From contig JANWLD010000003.1 in assembly GCA_025451045.1 (NCBI GenBank), positions 197,690 through 261,689 on the forward strand: 64,000 nt of DNA, given 5' to 3'. Position numbers and translations under genes: made by a program. The notes below the pieces were generated by a model. The model did not search any database. It saw nothing but the letters and a program-made list of their open reading frames with translations, and was not told where the DNA came from. The first letter of the stretch is position 1; each line of letters begins with the position of its first letter. Positions 18,730 through 26,480 of the stretch are shown one piece after another. Source of the DNA: Candidatus Saccharimonadales bacterium. Lineage in GTDB: Bacteria > Patescibacteriota > Saccharimonadia > Saccharimonadales > 2-12-FULL-41-12.

Positions 18730-19194
18730 TTAGATATTTTTGAGTTCTCTCTGTGTATCCCTATCTTGGTCGCGTTTTTTGATAAGCTGGCGTTTGTCGT
18801 AGCGTTTTCTGCCCTTGCCTACCGATAATTTCAATTTTATAAAGCGGCCTTTGGTTAAAAGCTCCAAAGGGACAATAGTCTTGCCCTCGTCCTTTGATTT
18901 TAAAAGTGCTGTAAGTTCACGTTTTTTGACAAGGAGTTTGCGCGGGCGGGTCTGTTCGGATGCGTCAATAAGGTAGCCGTTAGCGCTGGTAATGGTCGCG
19001 TTAATCAGCCAAAGCTCGCTGTCTTTTACAGTTACATAAGCGCCTTTTAAGTGGCCATGGCCAAGCCTGAGGGACTTAGTTTCCCGTCCGCTCAATGAAA
19101 TTCCGGCAATGAGGGAATCACCGAGCTCGTAATCATACTTAGCCCGTCGGTTGGAGATGGATTTAACCGGTGATTTCTTTGACTTCTTAGCCAT
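18730..19194 (-). CDS. smpB: SsrA-binding protein
   Basis: NRRAKYDYELGDSLIAGISLSGRETKSLR and the basic C-terminal tail are typical of SmpB. Confidence 0.9.
   Translation of the reverse strand: MAKKSKKSPVKSISNRRAKYDYELGDSLIAGISLSGRETKSLRLGHGHLKGAYVTVKDSELWLINATITSANGYLIDASEQTRPRKLLVKKRELTALLKSKDEGKTIVPLELLTKGRFIKLKLSVGKGRKRYDKRQLIKKRDQDRDTQRELKNI
18743..18780. repeat. Copy 2 of the 38-bp direct repeat (inside the functional smpB 3' end)
   Basis: Same 38-mer as copy 1. It encodes SmpB residues KKRDQDRDTQRE, followed by LKNI-stop. Confidence 0.95.
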
Positions 19195-19228
19195 AGTTAG
19201 TTCTTAGTATTTAGTCGTTAGTTTTTAG
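19194..19228. repeat. Five tandem heptamers NNNTTAG (CTAANNN on the smpB strand) abutting the smpB start codon
   Basis: TTAG occurs at 19197, 19204, 19211, 19218 and 19225, an exact 7-nt period. On the minus strand this reads CTAAAAA CTAACGA CTAAATA CTAAGAA CTAACT-ATG. Confidence 0.8.
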
Positions 19229-19308
19229 TAATTAACTTTTAGACTTAAGCTTTTAGCTCAGTTTAAGTATGAAGTATATTGCAATAATTTACAATATGTT
19301 GCGTAGTA

Positions 19309-20463
19309 TTACTTTTGATTATTATACTGTTCGATTTTGGCCTTGGCGATATCCCACAGGCTAGGGTCGTGGGCAGCTACTTTACGCCAATACCACCACT
19401 CTACGCCCCAGACGTCGATAGTACGCATTCCGGTGGCCACGCCGTAATCAAACCTCGGTCCGAGGCTTTGGGCGTTTAAGGATTTGTTCTGCTCGGGTAT
19501 AGAGTCTATATCATTCATCTTTGGTATGGTTTTGCCGAACCCTTTGCTATCCGGCAACCAGGCTTCAGCCTGCAGTTCATGGATGAAGGTGTTATGCCCG
19601 GTGGTTAGCTCCTCCCCGCCGGCCAAAAACGCGTAAAACCAAGCCGGAAGCGGATACTCAAAATAGCGGTTAGTTACAGTCTTGTCCCAGACGCGTTTAT
19701 AGATGGACGCGCCGTTGATATCAGCTCTCGGTTCGCCAATAGGCCAGCTGGGGACGGCATTATTGCTTCTGGTTACAATGACCGGTTTGCTAGCATCCTT
19801 GGATTTGACAAAATTAAACTCGTCAACGAGTCGAGCTTTACTGTGGTCAGGACATTTGCCGAAGACACTCAGGAAATATTCGTTCTCAAGCTGGTAGCTT
19901 ACTAAAGAGGGGCTGTTTTTGTACCGGTCAATCACTTTACCCATATAAGTTTTTAGTTCTTTTGCCCATACGTCTTTCGGCTGAGATTGAGCCCATTTGG
20001 GCATATGGCATTCCGGCCAGCGCGGTTGGCGCAAGCCAATAGCCAAGCTGACCTGTACATGATTCTGCTCGGCTTTTTTAAATTGCCAGTCCAGCTCCGA
20101 AAAGTCATATTTACCCGGTTTAGGCTCCCCGTTATCCCAATAACTAACCAGCCGCAGGCGCTTGACGCCCAAGTCGTGGATAACGGCATCCATGGTCTGT
20201 TTCGGATCCAGGCCGAACCCTTTGGCGTAATCCGGTGAAAAAGTAGCGCCGATAACCAGCGGTTCGCTGGCGTGCTTGGCAATATACCAGCGCGCGATAC
20301 CGTACATACCGCTGATTATAAGAAAAACGGCTACTATAAACCCGTACAGAAGACCTCGCAGAACTTTTTGTTTGGGCCGGGCAAAACCAAACCAATTTAG
20401 TATAATTCCGGCTAATCCGCGGTTGCTTTCTTTTCGGCCAGATTTCTTCTTTTGCTTCGGCAT
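19309..20463 (-). CDS. Membrane-anchored clan GH-A-like glycoside hydrolase (GH5/GH42-like by motif)
   Basis: Has an N-terminal TM segment. RLVSYWDNGEPKPGKYDFSELDW and YQLENEY (an NE acid/base-type motif) are typical of (beta/alpha)8 GH-A enzymes. The family was not resolved. Confidence 0.5.
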   Translation of the reverse strand: MPKQKKKSGRKESNRGLAGIILNWFGFARPKQKVLRGLLYGFIVAVFLIISGMYGIARWYIAKHASEPLVIGATFSPDYAKGFGLDPKQTMDAVIHDLGVKRLRLVSYWDNGEPKPGKYDFSELDWQFKKAEQNHVQVSLAIGLRQPRWPECHMPKWAQSQPKDVWAKELKTYMGKVIDRYKNSPSLVSYQLENEYFLSVFGKCPDHSKARLVDEFNFVKSKDASKPVIVTRSNNAVPSWPIGEPRADINGASIYKRVWDKTVTNRYFEYPLPAWFYAFLAGGEELTTGHNTFIHELQAEAWLPDSKGFGKTIPKMNDIDSIPEQNKSLNAQSLGPRFDYGVATGMRTIDVWGVEWWYWRKVAAHDPSLWDIAKAKIEQYNNQK

Positions 20464-20482
20464 TTGAATAAAATTTGTTAAG

Positions 20483-21322
20483 ATGTCTTTAGTGGTTAAA
20501 AAACAAAAAACGCTTTCGCTTATAATACCAGTTTACAACGAGGAAAACTATTTACTTGGTTGCCTGGAATCCATAGCTCAGCAGACTATTATGCCGCTGG
20601 AAGTCATCGTGGTAGATAACAATTCCACCGACAGTACCCCCGATATAGCTAAAAGTTTCAATTTCGTAAGGCTGGTCCGGGAAAAACGCCAGCACCAATC
20701 TTACGCGCAGCACACCGGTTTTTCTCTTGCCAAAGGTGATATTTTAGGCCGGATAGATGCTGATACCGTTTTGCCGCCGACGTGGGTTGAGCGCAGTCTG
20801 GCCGAGTTTGAAAAGAATCCAAAGATGCTTGGCTTTTGTGGTAGCGGATGGGCTTATGATATCGCCTTGCAACGGTTCGGCAAGTTTATCTATGGGTTGT
20901 ATTTTGGCGTTGCTAACACCTTCGCCGGTGTTCAGCTGATCTGGGGTTCCAACTCGGTTTTCAAAGCTTCCGCCTGGAAAGATATAAAAAATGAAGTGGC
21001 GCTGCGCGATGATATCTGGGAAGATTATGATCTTGCTTTTTGTCTGGGTAAGCACGGTCGGATTGGCAAGATGGACAACGACGTATCGGTATCTTATCGG
21101 GCTATTCACCGTTCGCCGCTCAAACAGTTGCGCTACCAAACCCGTTCAATTCGGACTTTCCTGCTTCATCGCAATCATCCGACGGCCATTCTTTTCGGTA
21201 CGCTGTGGTTCAGTATGATAGTTTTGGGCCCGATAGTAATGTTTGATTATTATGTACTTCGGCCGCTTAAAGACACGCGGCCGTTCAAGCTACTGCTAGA
21301 AGCTGCCTTCCCCGATATCTAG
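20483..21322 (+). CDS. Glycosyltransferase family 2
   Basis: LSLIIPVYNEENYL, VVDNNSTD and GRIDADT are the GT2 (GT-A fold, DxD) motifs. A C-terminal TM segment is present. Confidence 0.8.
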   Translation: MSLVVKKQKTLSLIIPVYNEENYLLGCLESIAQQTIMPLEVIVVDNNSTDSTPDIAKSFNFVRLVREKRQHQSYAQHTGFSLAKGDILGRIDADTVLPPTWVERSLAEFEKNPKMLGFCGSGWAYDIALQRFGKFIYGLYFGVANTFAGVQLIWGSNSVFKASAWKDIKNEVALRDDIWEDYDLAFCLGKHGRIGKMDNDVSVSYRAIHRSPLKQLRYQTRSIRTFLLHRNHPTAILFGTLWFSMIVLGPIVMFDYYVLRPLKDTRPFKLLLEAAFPDI

Positions 21323-21325
21323 GTT

Positions 21326-21844
21326 TTAATTCAGGGCTTTTTTGATAGTTTTGGCGTCTATTTTATTACCGTTTATGATTATTGATTTTTCACTGTTTTT
21401 CGGCGGTTCTATCTGGTTGATTAAACGCTCAAATACTTTTGGCTCCATATTACCAAACGGCCGGTGGGCCGGATAACTCTTAGCTTCGACGGTGGCTCTT
21501 TTGCGGGCTTCATTCTCGTCGGTTTTGACCCATATCAGCCGGGCCTTGGCGCCGCTGAGCGCCGCGATATCGTACTTTTCTTTACGGTGGGCGTAACGGT
21601 TAAGGTTGGCATCATAAATTACGCTTTTGCCGCTCCCCAGCGTCTGCTTGGTGATGTGGTCAAGCATCCGATACATATTCTCGTGTTCGGTTTCGGATAT
21701 TTCCAGCGGATTTTTAAACATGTTCAATCTGAATTGGTCGCTGTTAAGGTGTACCGCGCCGGTCAGTTGGGCAATATATTCGGCAACGGTTGTCTTGCCC
21801 GCTCCCGGATAACCCAGCATCAGATATAAAGTTGGTTTTATCAT
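21326..21844 (-). CDS. Small P-loop kinase (AAA_33/zeta-toxin/PNK-kinase-like)
   Basis: Has the Walker A motif GYPGAGKTT near the N-terminus and YDANL (Walker B-like). It is 172 aa and lies 47 nt downstream of the RSH gene on the same strand. Confidence 0.65.
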   Translation of the reverse strand: MIKPTLYLMLGYPGAGKTTVAEYIAQLTGAVHLNSDQFRLNMFKNPLEISETEHENMYRMLDHITKQTLGSGKSVIYDANLNRYAHRKEKYDIAALSGAKARLIWVKTDENEARKRATVEAKSYPAHRPFGNMEPKVFERLINQIEPPKNSEKSIIINGNKIDAKTIKKALN

Positions 21845-21891
21845 ACAATTAGCCTACCCTATTTGCGTAAAACGCCCCACTCATCAAGCGC

Positions 21892-24171
21892 TCAAAGTTC
21901 TTCAAACAGGTTTTTTGCCATGCTGGCTACCATCTTGTAGGCTTGGCTATATTCGGAGGGCATCTTTTCATTGGTGAACAGCGGATTAAGATAACGAAGG
22001 GTTTTTTTGAAATATTTTTTAATATTATTGACGACTTTTACTGACGGGTCAGAATTGGCTAAAAGTACCAGGTCGACAATATGGTTTTGTAATCTATCTG
22101 GTAATTTTATGAAAGGCGCCATAGTATTTTCTTCCAGCTGTTTGGCATAGGCGAGACGCCTTTCGTTAGAGTTTTTTATATGTCCGGGAGATGACAGGGC
22201 GTCAACGGTGTCGGCTATTCTATCGCCGAAGAGGGATTGTATCCGAACTCTCATTTCACCGCGATCTTCTTCCTCTATGTCTTCGATAATATCGTGGAGC
22301 AAGGCAATAACTATGGTGTCGGACAAAAACCGGCTGGAATCTTTGCTATCCCAGTGCCTCGCGGATAGGGATGCCATCAAACCGGCGTGAAAAGCTACCG
22401 GCAATAGATGTCCTTCCATTTGGCCGATACCGCCGCGCCGTAGTGGCAAGTCTTGACTCATAACTAGATTAATCGCATTTTGTATTTGTTCATCATTGTC
22501 CAGTGTTGGGTCAAGTTGGCTGACCATCCACTTGAAATCTTCCAGATTCAAATATGAAGGAGGTAAAAATATGTTACCGCTGAATTCTGATCCTTCAAGC
22601 GCTTCGGAAACAAACCCGGCAATTTCATGAGGGACCATGAATCTTGCACCATCTTTCTCGACTAATTTATAAGTTCGGTTTACGGGCGAGTTCAAATTAG
22701 GCAGCTGTTTTGCTATATCAATCCAGGTACTGGGAATAAGTTCCTGGTTTAAAGGCTTGTTCTTCAAATGTTCTGACCGTTTGCCCATATGGACAAGGTC
22801 GTCGATACGACTGGACGAAGGCTCGCTATCAGTCTTTCGCAAAACCTCACTGGCTTTTGCGTAGGTATGAAGCCACTCCTGCTCTTGGGTGACGGTTTGT
22901 ATCTCAAATGGTACTGTATCGCCATCAATTTCAGCCATAAACACTACATGGTGGCTTTTATATCCGGAGGGTTTAGGGTTATTAATATAATCCTCTTCAG
23001 CCGGTTCGTTAGGATGAGGGTGGGCTACTCTTATTGAGATACCCTCTTTATTATCAGCACCATAAACATCAGAGATTACCTGCTTCATCTTTTGTCCTAT
23101 TTTTATAGCTCCTACTCCGCCTAATAAGTTCGGAACAATTATCCTAAAACCGATTGAATCGGGTAATAATTCCACGCTTTTGTCTTTGTACCTCGGCGAT
23201 AATAGTTTTTTAGTTGCTGACCCTATCGTTTTTGGCCTTCCTTCTTGTTCAATACTCGAGGCTTGAATAGAGCCTTTTAGCTCAGGTATTGTTCCCATTG
23301 CTATGTCTTGTTTTCTTTCAGTTTCCAGTTGGACTATTGATTGGCCCAGCGCATCATTAAAAATTTCTTCAATCTGATTAAAATGACGCGACGCCACGCG
23401 GTTTTGTTCCTGCGCTTTGCTATATTCCGGCTCGTTTTTGTGGAACCATTCCAAAGCTTCGCCTCGGAGTTCGGTGGCTAACTTTTTAGCCCCGAAAAAT
23501 ATTAAAGCCGAGTAATAACAACTTAGGGCTTCTATGCAATCCCGCCATACCGCCCTTGAATCAGGGGGCGGGTTACGAAGATTGTCAAGAAGTTCTATGC
23601 CGCCATTAATGAACCCTTCTATATTTTGGGTTTCCATAGCGTGTTTTATTGAAGAAGTATCAAGCTCATAAACACCAGCCGATCTAAGTACTTTTTCATC
23701 GACCTTTACAGAATCATCTTTGTAAATTGCCGCGGCCAACTGTTTCTTTTCTTCTTTGGGCCTGTCGGAGTATCCTTCAATTCCAGCGTGCCGCCAGTTC
23801 TCGGCTACAGTTTCTTCAATTTGGCTTTGACTAAGAGCGCAGCCTAAAGCGTAATATAGCTGCCCGGTGTCGCTGACCCGTTCCCACAAATCATAAATTA
23901 GCATCTGTACTCTGGTTTTTGTTTCTTCGTCCTTTGGGTTGCTCAAGCCATGATCTACTAAATCATGAAGAGCAACGGTCATTTCCATACCGGGAGTTCT
24001 TGTGTCAAACTTCTCATGCAGTTCCAGCATCCGTTGGTTATGCTCGGGATAACGGACTTCGCCTAAGAAGTAATTTGCGGTACGTAAAGCTAAGTCTAGG
24101 TCGGTGGGCTGAGATAAATTTTTACTTTCCGGACCTAATTCGAAAGGTGTATATTCGCCAACAGGAATCAT
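21892..24171 (-). CDS. RelA/SpoT-homologue: N-terminal degenerate HD-like region, central alarmone-synthetase domain, C-terminal complete HD hydrolase domain
   Basis: The synthetase motifs are GRPKTIGSATKKL, DSIGFRIIV, YINNPKPSGYKSHHVVF and FEIQTVT. The C-terminal HD motifs are GHLLPVAFHAGL, ALLHDIIEDI, FGDRIADTVDALS and IKLPDRLQNH. The N-terminal weaker set is PEHNQRMLELH, VALHDLVDHG and IELLDNLRN. Confidence 0.75.
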   Translation of the reverse strand: MIPVGEYTPFELGPESKNLSQPTDLDLALRTANYFLGEVRYPEHNQRMLELHEKFDTRTPGMEMTVALHDLVDHGLSNPKDEETKTRVQMLIYDLWERVSDTGQLYYALGCALSQSQIEETVAENWRHAGIEGYSDRPKEEKKQLAAAIYKDDSVKVDEKVLRSAGVYELDTSSIKHAMETQNIEGFINGGIELLDNLRNPPPDSRAVWRDCIEALSCYYSALIFFGAKKLATELRGEALEWFHKNEPEYSKAQEQNRVASRHFNQIEEIFNDALGQSIVQLETERKQDIAMGTIPELKGSIQASSIEQEGRPKTIGSATKKLLSPRYKDKSVELLPDSIGFRIIVPNLLGGVGAIKIGQKMKQVISDVYGADNKEGISIRVAHPHPNEPAEEDYINNPKPSGYKSHHVVFMAEIDGDTVPFEIQTVTQEQEWLHTYAKASEVLRKTDSEPSSSRIDDLVHMGKRSEHLKNKPLNQELIPSTWIDIAKQLPNLNSPVNRTYKLVEKDGARFMVPHEIAGFVSEALEGSEFSGNIFLPPSYLNLEDFKWMVSQLDPTLDNDEQIQNAINLVMSQDLPLRRGGIGQMEGHLLPVAFHAGLMASLSARHWDSKDSSRFLSDTIVIALLHDIIEDIEEEDRGEMRVRIQSLFGDRIADTVDALSSPGHIKNSNERRLAYAKQLEENTMAPFIKLPDRLQNHIVDLVLLANSDPSVKVVNNIKKYFKKTLRYLNPLFTNEKMPSEYSQAYKMVASMAKNLFEEL

Positions 24172-24177
24172 TAGTAT

Positions 24178-24186
24178 ATTATATCA
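24178..24186 (-). promoter_or_regulatory. Extended -10 promoter (TGaTATAAT) 6 nt upstream of the RSH ATG
   Basis: The minus strand reads TTGATATAATATACTA-ATG. The geometry implies a leaderless or near-leaderless transcript. Confidence 0.45.
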
Positions 24187-24195
24187 AAAAACAGC

Positions 24196-24765
24196 CTAAA
24201 AGTCAATACCGGGGTTAGCTAAATAACCCCTATCGAAATGATGTTTTAGCTTAGCCATATCGGTTGCAATATCAACTTTATCCAGCAGTTTCTTAGGAAA
24301 GTTCCGGCCGGTCAGGCAAAGGCTGGTCTTTTTATGCTTGGAATCAATCAATTTTTTCAAATCTTTTTCAGATAAAAGTCCGTCATGGACGGCATTATTT
24401 ATTTCATCGCAAATAACCAGCTCGTATTTGCCGCTTGAAACGGCGTTCAATGCTTCGGAGTAAGTTTCTTTAGCGGCTTGTTTATGCTGTTTTTCACTTA
24501 TGTTTTCGGCGCTGAGCTCCCCGGCGTCATAAAAACCCTTACCCCCTTTGTAAAAATACAGCTGGTCTTTGAACAGGTCCTGAATGTCATGGATAAATAC
24601 GTGCTCGCCGACGCCCCAGTATTTGATGAATTGGATGAAAGCGACATTATGGCGATTGCCCAAGGCGCGAGCTAGTAAGCCCAAAGAAGCGCTAGTCTTG
24701 CCCTTGCCATCGCCGGTAAAAACCAACACAAGCGATTGTTTGTTCTTGTATTCTTCCAAACCCAT
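24196..24765 (-). CDS. cobO: ATP:cob(I)alamin adenosyltransferase (CobA/CobO/BtuR family)
   Basis: VFTGDGKGKTSASLGLLARALG...VAFIQFIK, VICDEIN and the C-terminal GIDF parallel Salmonella CobA (VFTGNGKGKTTAAFG, VVQFIK, VLDELT, GIDY). The start was moved to the ATG at 24765 (MGLEEY). Confidence 0.8.
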   Translation of the reverse strand: MGLEEYKNKQSLVLVFTGDGKGKTSASLGLLARALGNRHNVAFIQFIKYWGVGEHVFIHDIQDLFKDQLYFYKGGKGFYDAGELSAENISEKQHKQAAKETYSEALNAVSSGKYELVICDEINNAVHDGLLSEKDLKKLIDSKHKKTSLCLTGRNFPKKLLDKVDIATDMAKLKHHFDRGYLANPGIDF

Positions 24766-24872
24766 AGTCGCCAGTATACTGGCTCTAATTATCAATTTCC
24801 ATTTTTCAATTATCAAAAATATAAAGCGAAAGCATTTTTCTTGATGAGCGAAACCTGTGATAATTGCAATCC

Positions 24873-25634
24873 ATGAGCGCACACATCTTTCCGCCAAAAC
24901 ACTTTAAAACTGCTGAGAAACTTAATGTTGAAAGGTTCGAAAATCCTGAAGTCGAAATAATGATGGAGTTGGCGTCGACTCTGCCGGTCCTGAAAAAAGA
25001 GAATGGTGTATTGGGGTTCAACTTCGACGAACTGTCAGCTTATCACATGCTACATTATGGAGCTAACAGATTATTGGTTGAAGAAGTTGGCCGGAGTCTG
25101 AAAGAGGAAAAATACGCTGCGGTTTTGCCCTTGGGCTCTATAAAAAACAGAGTCAAGAAGCTTGAAGAGATTTTAATAGCCGCGCTTGAAATAGGAGAAC
25201 TGCAAAGTCCGATGACGTTAGGCAGACTTGCGATAAGAGAAGGTTTTGCCCTACCGGCGAAGATGAAAGAGTTTACAGAAGAAACGAGGATTTATCCTCA
25301 CGCTACCAGTTCAGCTGTTAGGTACGAGAGGTTTTTATATCCGTCATCGCAAACGAGGATATCAATGAGTTATATGGGGATAGTACCCACTTGGAACGAA
25401 GCCGATGTGAACCGCGTAGCGGAAGCACATCCGCCGTTGCAGGATTACGTTAGTAAGATGCCATATGCCGAGATAGATTTTCATGAGATTAGAATAAGAC
25501 GAGGCGATGAGCGAAACTCTTTCTTAACAGTGTCTTCTTTTGAGCAAATCGACAGTATTGAGAATCAAATGGGTGGCATAGCCGCATTTACTCCGGAAGA
25601 TTTCCAGGACTTATACCAGCATTACGAAGATTAA
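24873..25634 (+). CDS. Hypothetical protein, tandem paralog 1 of 3 (unknown family)
   Basis: Begins MSAHIFPPKHFKTAEK. It shares YH(M/L)(L/I)HYGA(N/D)RLL, GR(L/I)A(I/L), FLYP, MSY(M/I)G and a (F/V)SS tail with paralog 2. TGtGATAAT lies 8 nt upstream of the ATG. Confidence 0.7.
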   Translation: MSAHIFPPKHFKTAEKLNVERFENPEVEIMMELASTLPVLKKENGVLGFNFDELSAYHMLHYGANRLLVEEVGRSLKEEKYAAVLPLGSIKNRVKKLEEILIAALEIGELQSPMTLGRLAIREGFALPAKMKEFTEETRIYPHATSSAVRYERFLYPSSQTRISMSYMGIVPTWNEADVNRVAEAHPPLQDYVSKMPYAEIDFHEIRIRRGDERNSFLTVSSFEQIDSIENQMGGIAAFTPEDFQDLYQHYED

Positions 25635-25683
25635 TACCTTAAGCAATTTTCTTAGCCTTAATAAGCTGGGATAATAAGCGTCC

Positions 25684-26397
25684 ATGAGCGCGCATATATT
25701 TCCGGAGAGCCATTTTAATACAGCTGAGAAATTCGATGTCGATGGATTTGATGGAGAGGACATGGAAATAGTCGCCGAGTTGGCAGAAACGTTGCCAAAG
25801 CTGCTGGACAATAATGGCGTACTTGGCTTTAGCGCAAACGAATTAGCATCTTATCACCTGATACATTACGGAGCTGACCGCTTGCTTACCAAAGCGCTGG
25901 CAGAAACCCTTAACCAGGAAGTTTTAGATGAGGATTGGATGCAAAGCTTGCCCGGTAATACGGCTAGCAAGGTGAAAAATTTAGTAAACGTCGTGAAAAC
26001 CGGTTTGGAAGCCGGGGGTTTGAAGGGCGGCAGCCTAGCTTTGGGTAGAATTGCGTTAAGCCAGATATATCAGGATGACATTGATATACCGGATGAGCTT
26101 TCTGGGTTAACCACGGCAAAAACTATACCTGAGGATCCTTCAGAGACCAGGCGGCCGGGAAAATTTTTATATCCCAAACAAGATGTTGCTATGAGTTATA
26201 TAGGCCAAATGCAAACAGTGGATAATAAATTTGTTGACTATCTGAGAGGCGAATCCCCTATAAGGGAGTTTGTTAAAGATAAACCGGCGTATGACGTCTT
26301 TTTTGATGAAATCCATGTTAGGTCAAAAGACCGCAGAGAATTCTTTGTAATAGTGTCTTCTGCTCACCATATAGGGGCGATAGTACCTTTTGAGTAA
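25684..26397 (+). CDS. Hypothetical protein, tandem paralog 2 of 3
   Basis: Begins MSAHIFPESHFNTAEK and is collinear with paralog 1. TGgGATAAT lies 8 nt upstream of the ATG. Confidence 0.7.
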   Translation: MSAHIFPESHFNTAEKFDVDGFDGEDMEIVAELAETLPKLLDNNGVLGFSANELASYHLIHYGADRLLTKALAETLNQEVLDEDWMQSLPGNTASKVKNLVNVVKTGLEAGGLKGGSLALGRIALSQIYQDDIDIPDELSGLTTAKTIPEDPSETRRPGKFLYPKQDVAMSYIGQMQTVDNKFVDYLRGESPIREFVKDKPAYDVFFDEIHVRSKDRREFFVIVSSAHHIGAIVPFE

Positions 26398-26480
26398 TAC
26401 TGCTAGATAAGTTTCTTTTCCTAGGCATAAACACTTTGTTTTAGTTCGCTACGGTGTATTATTAGCATAATGGGGGTTTT

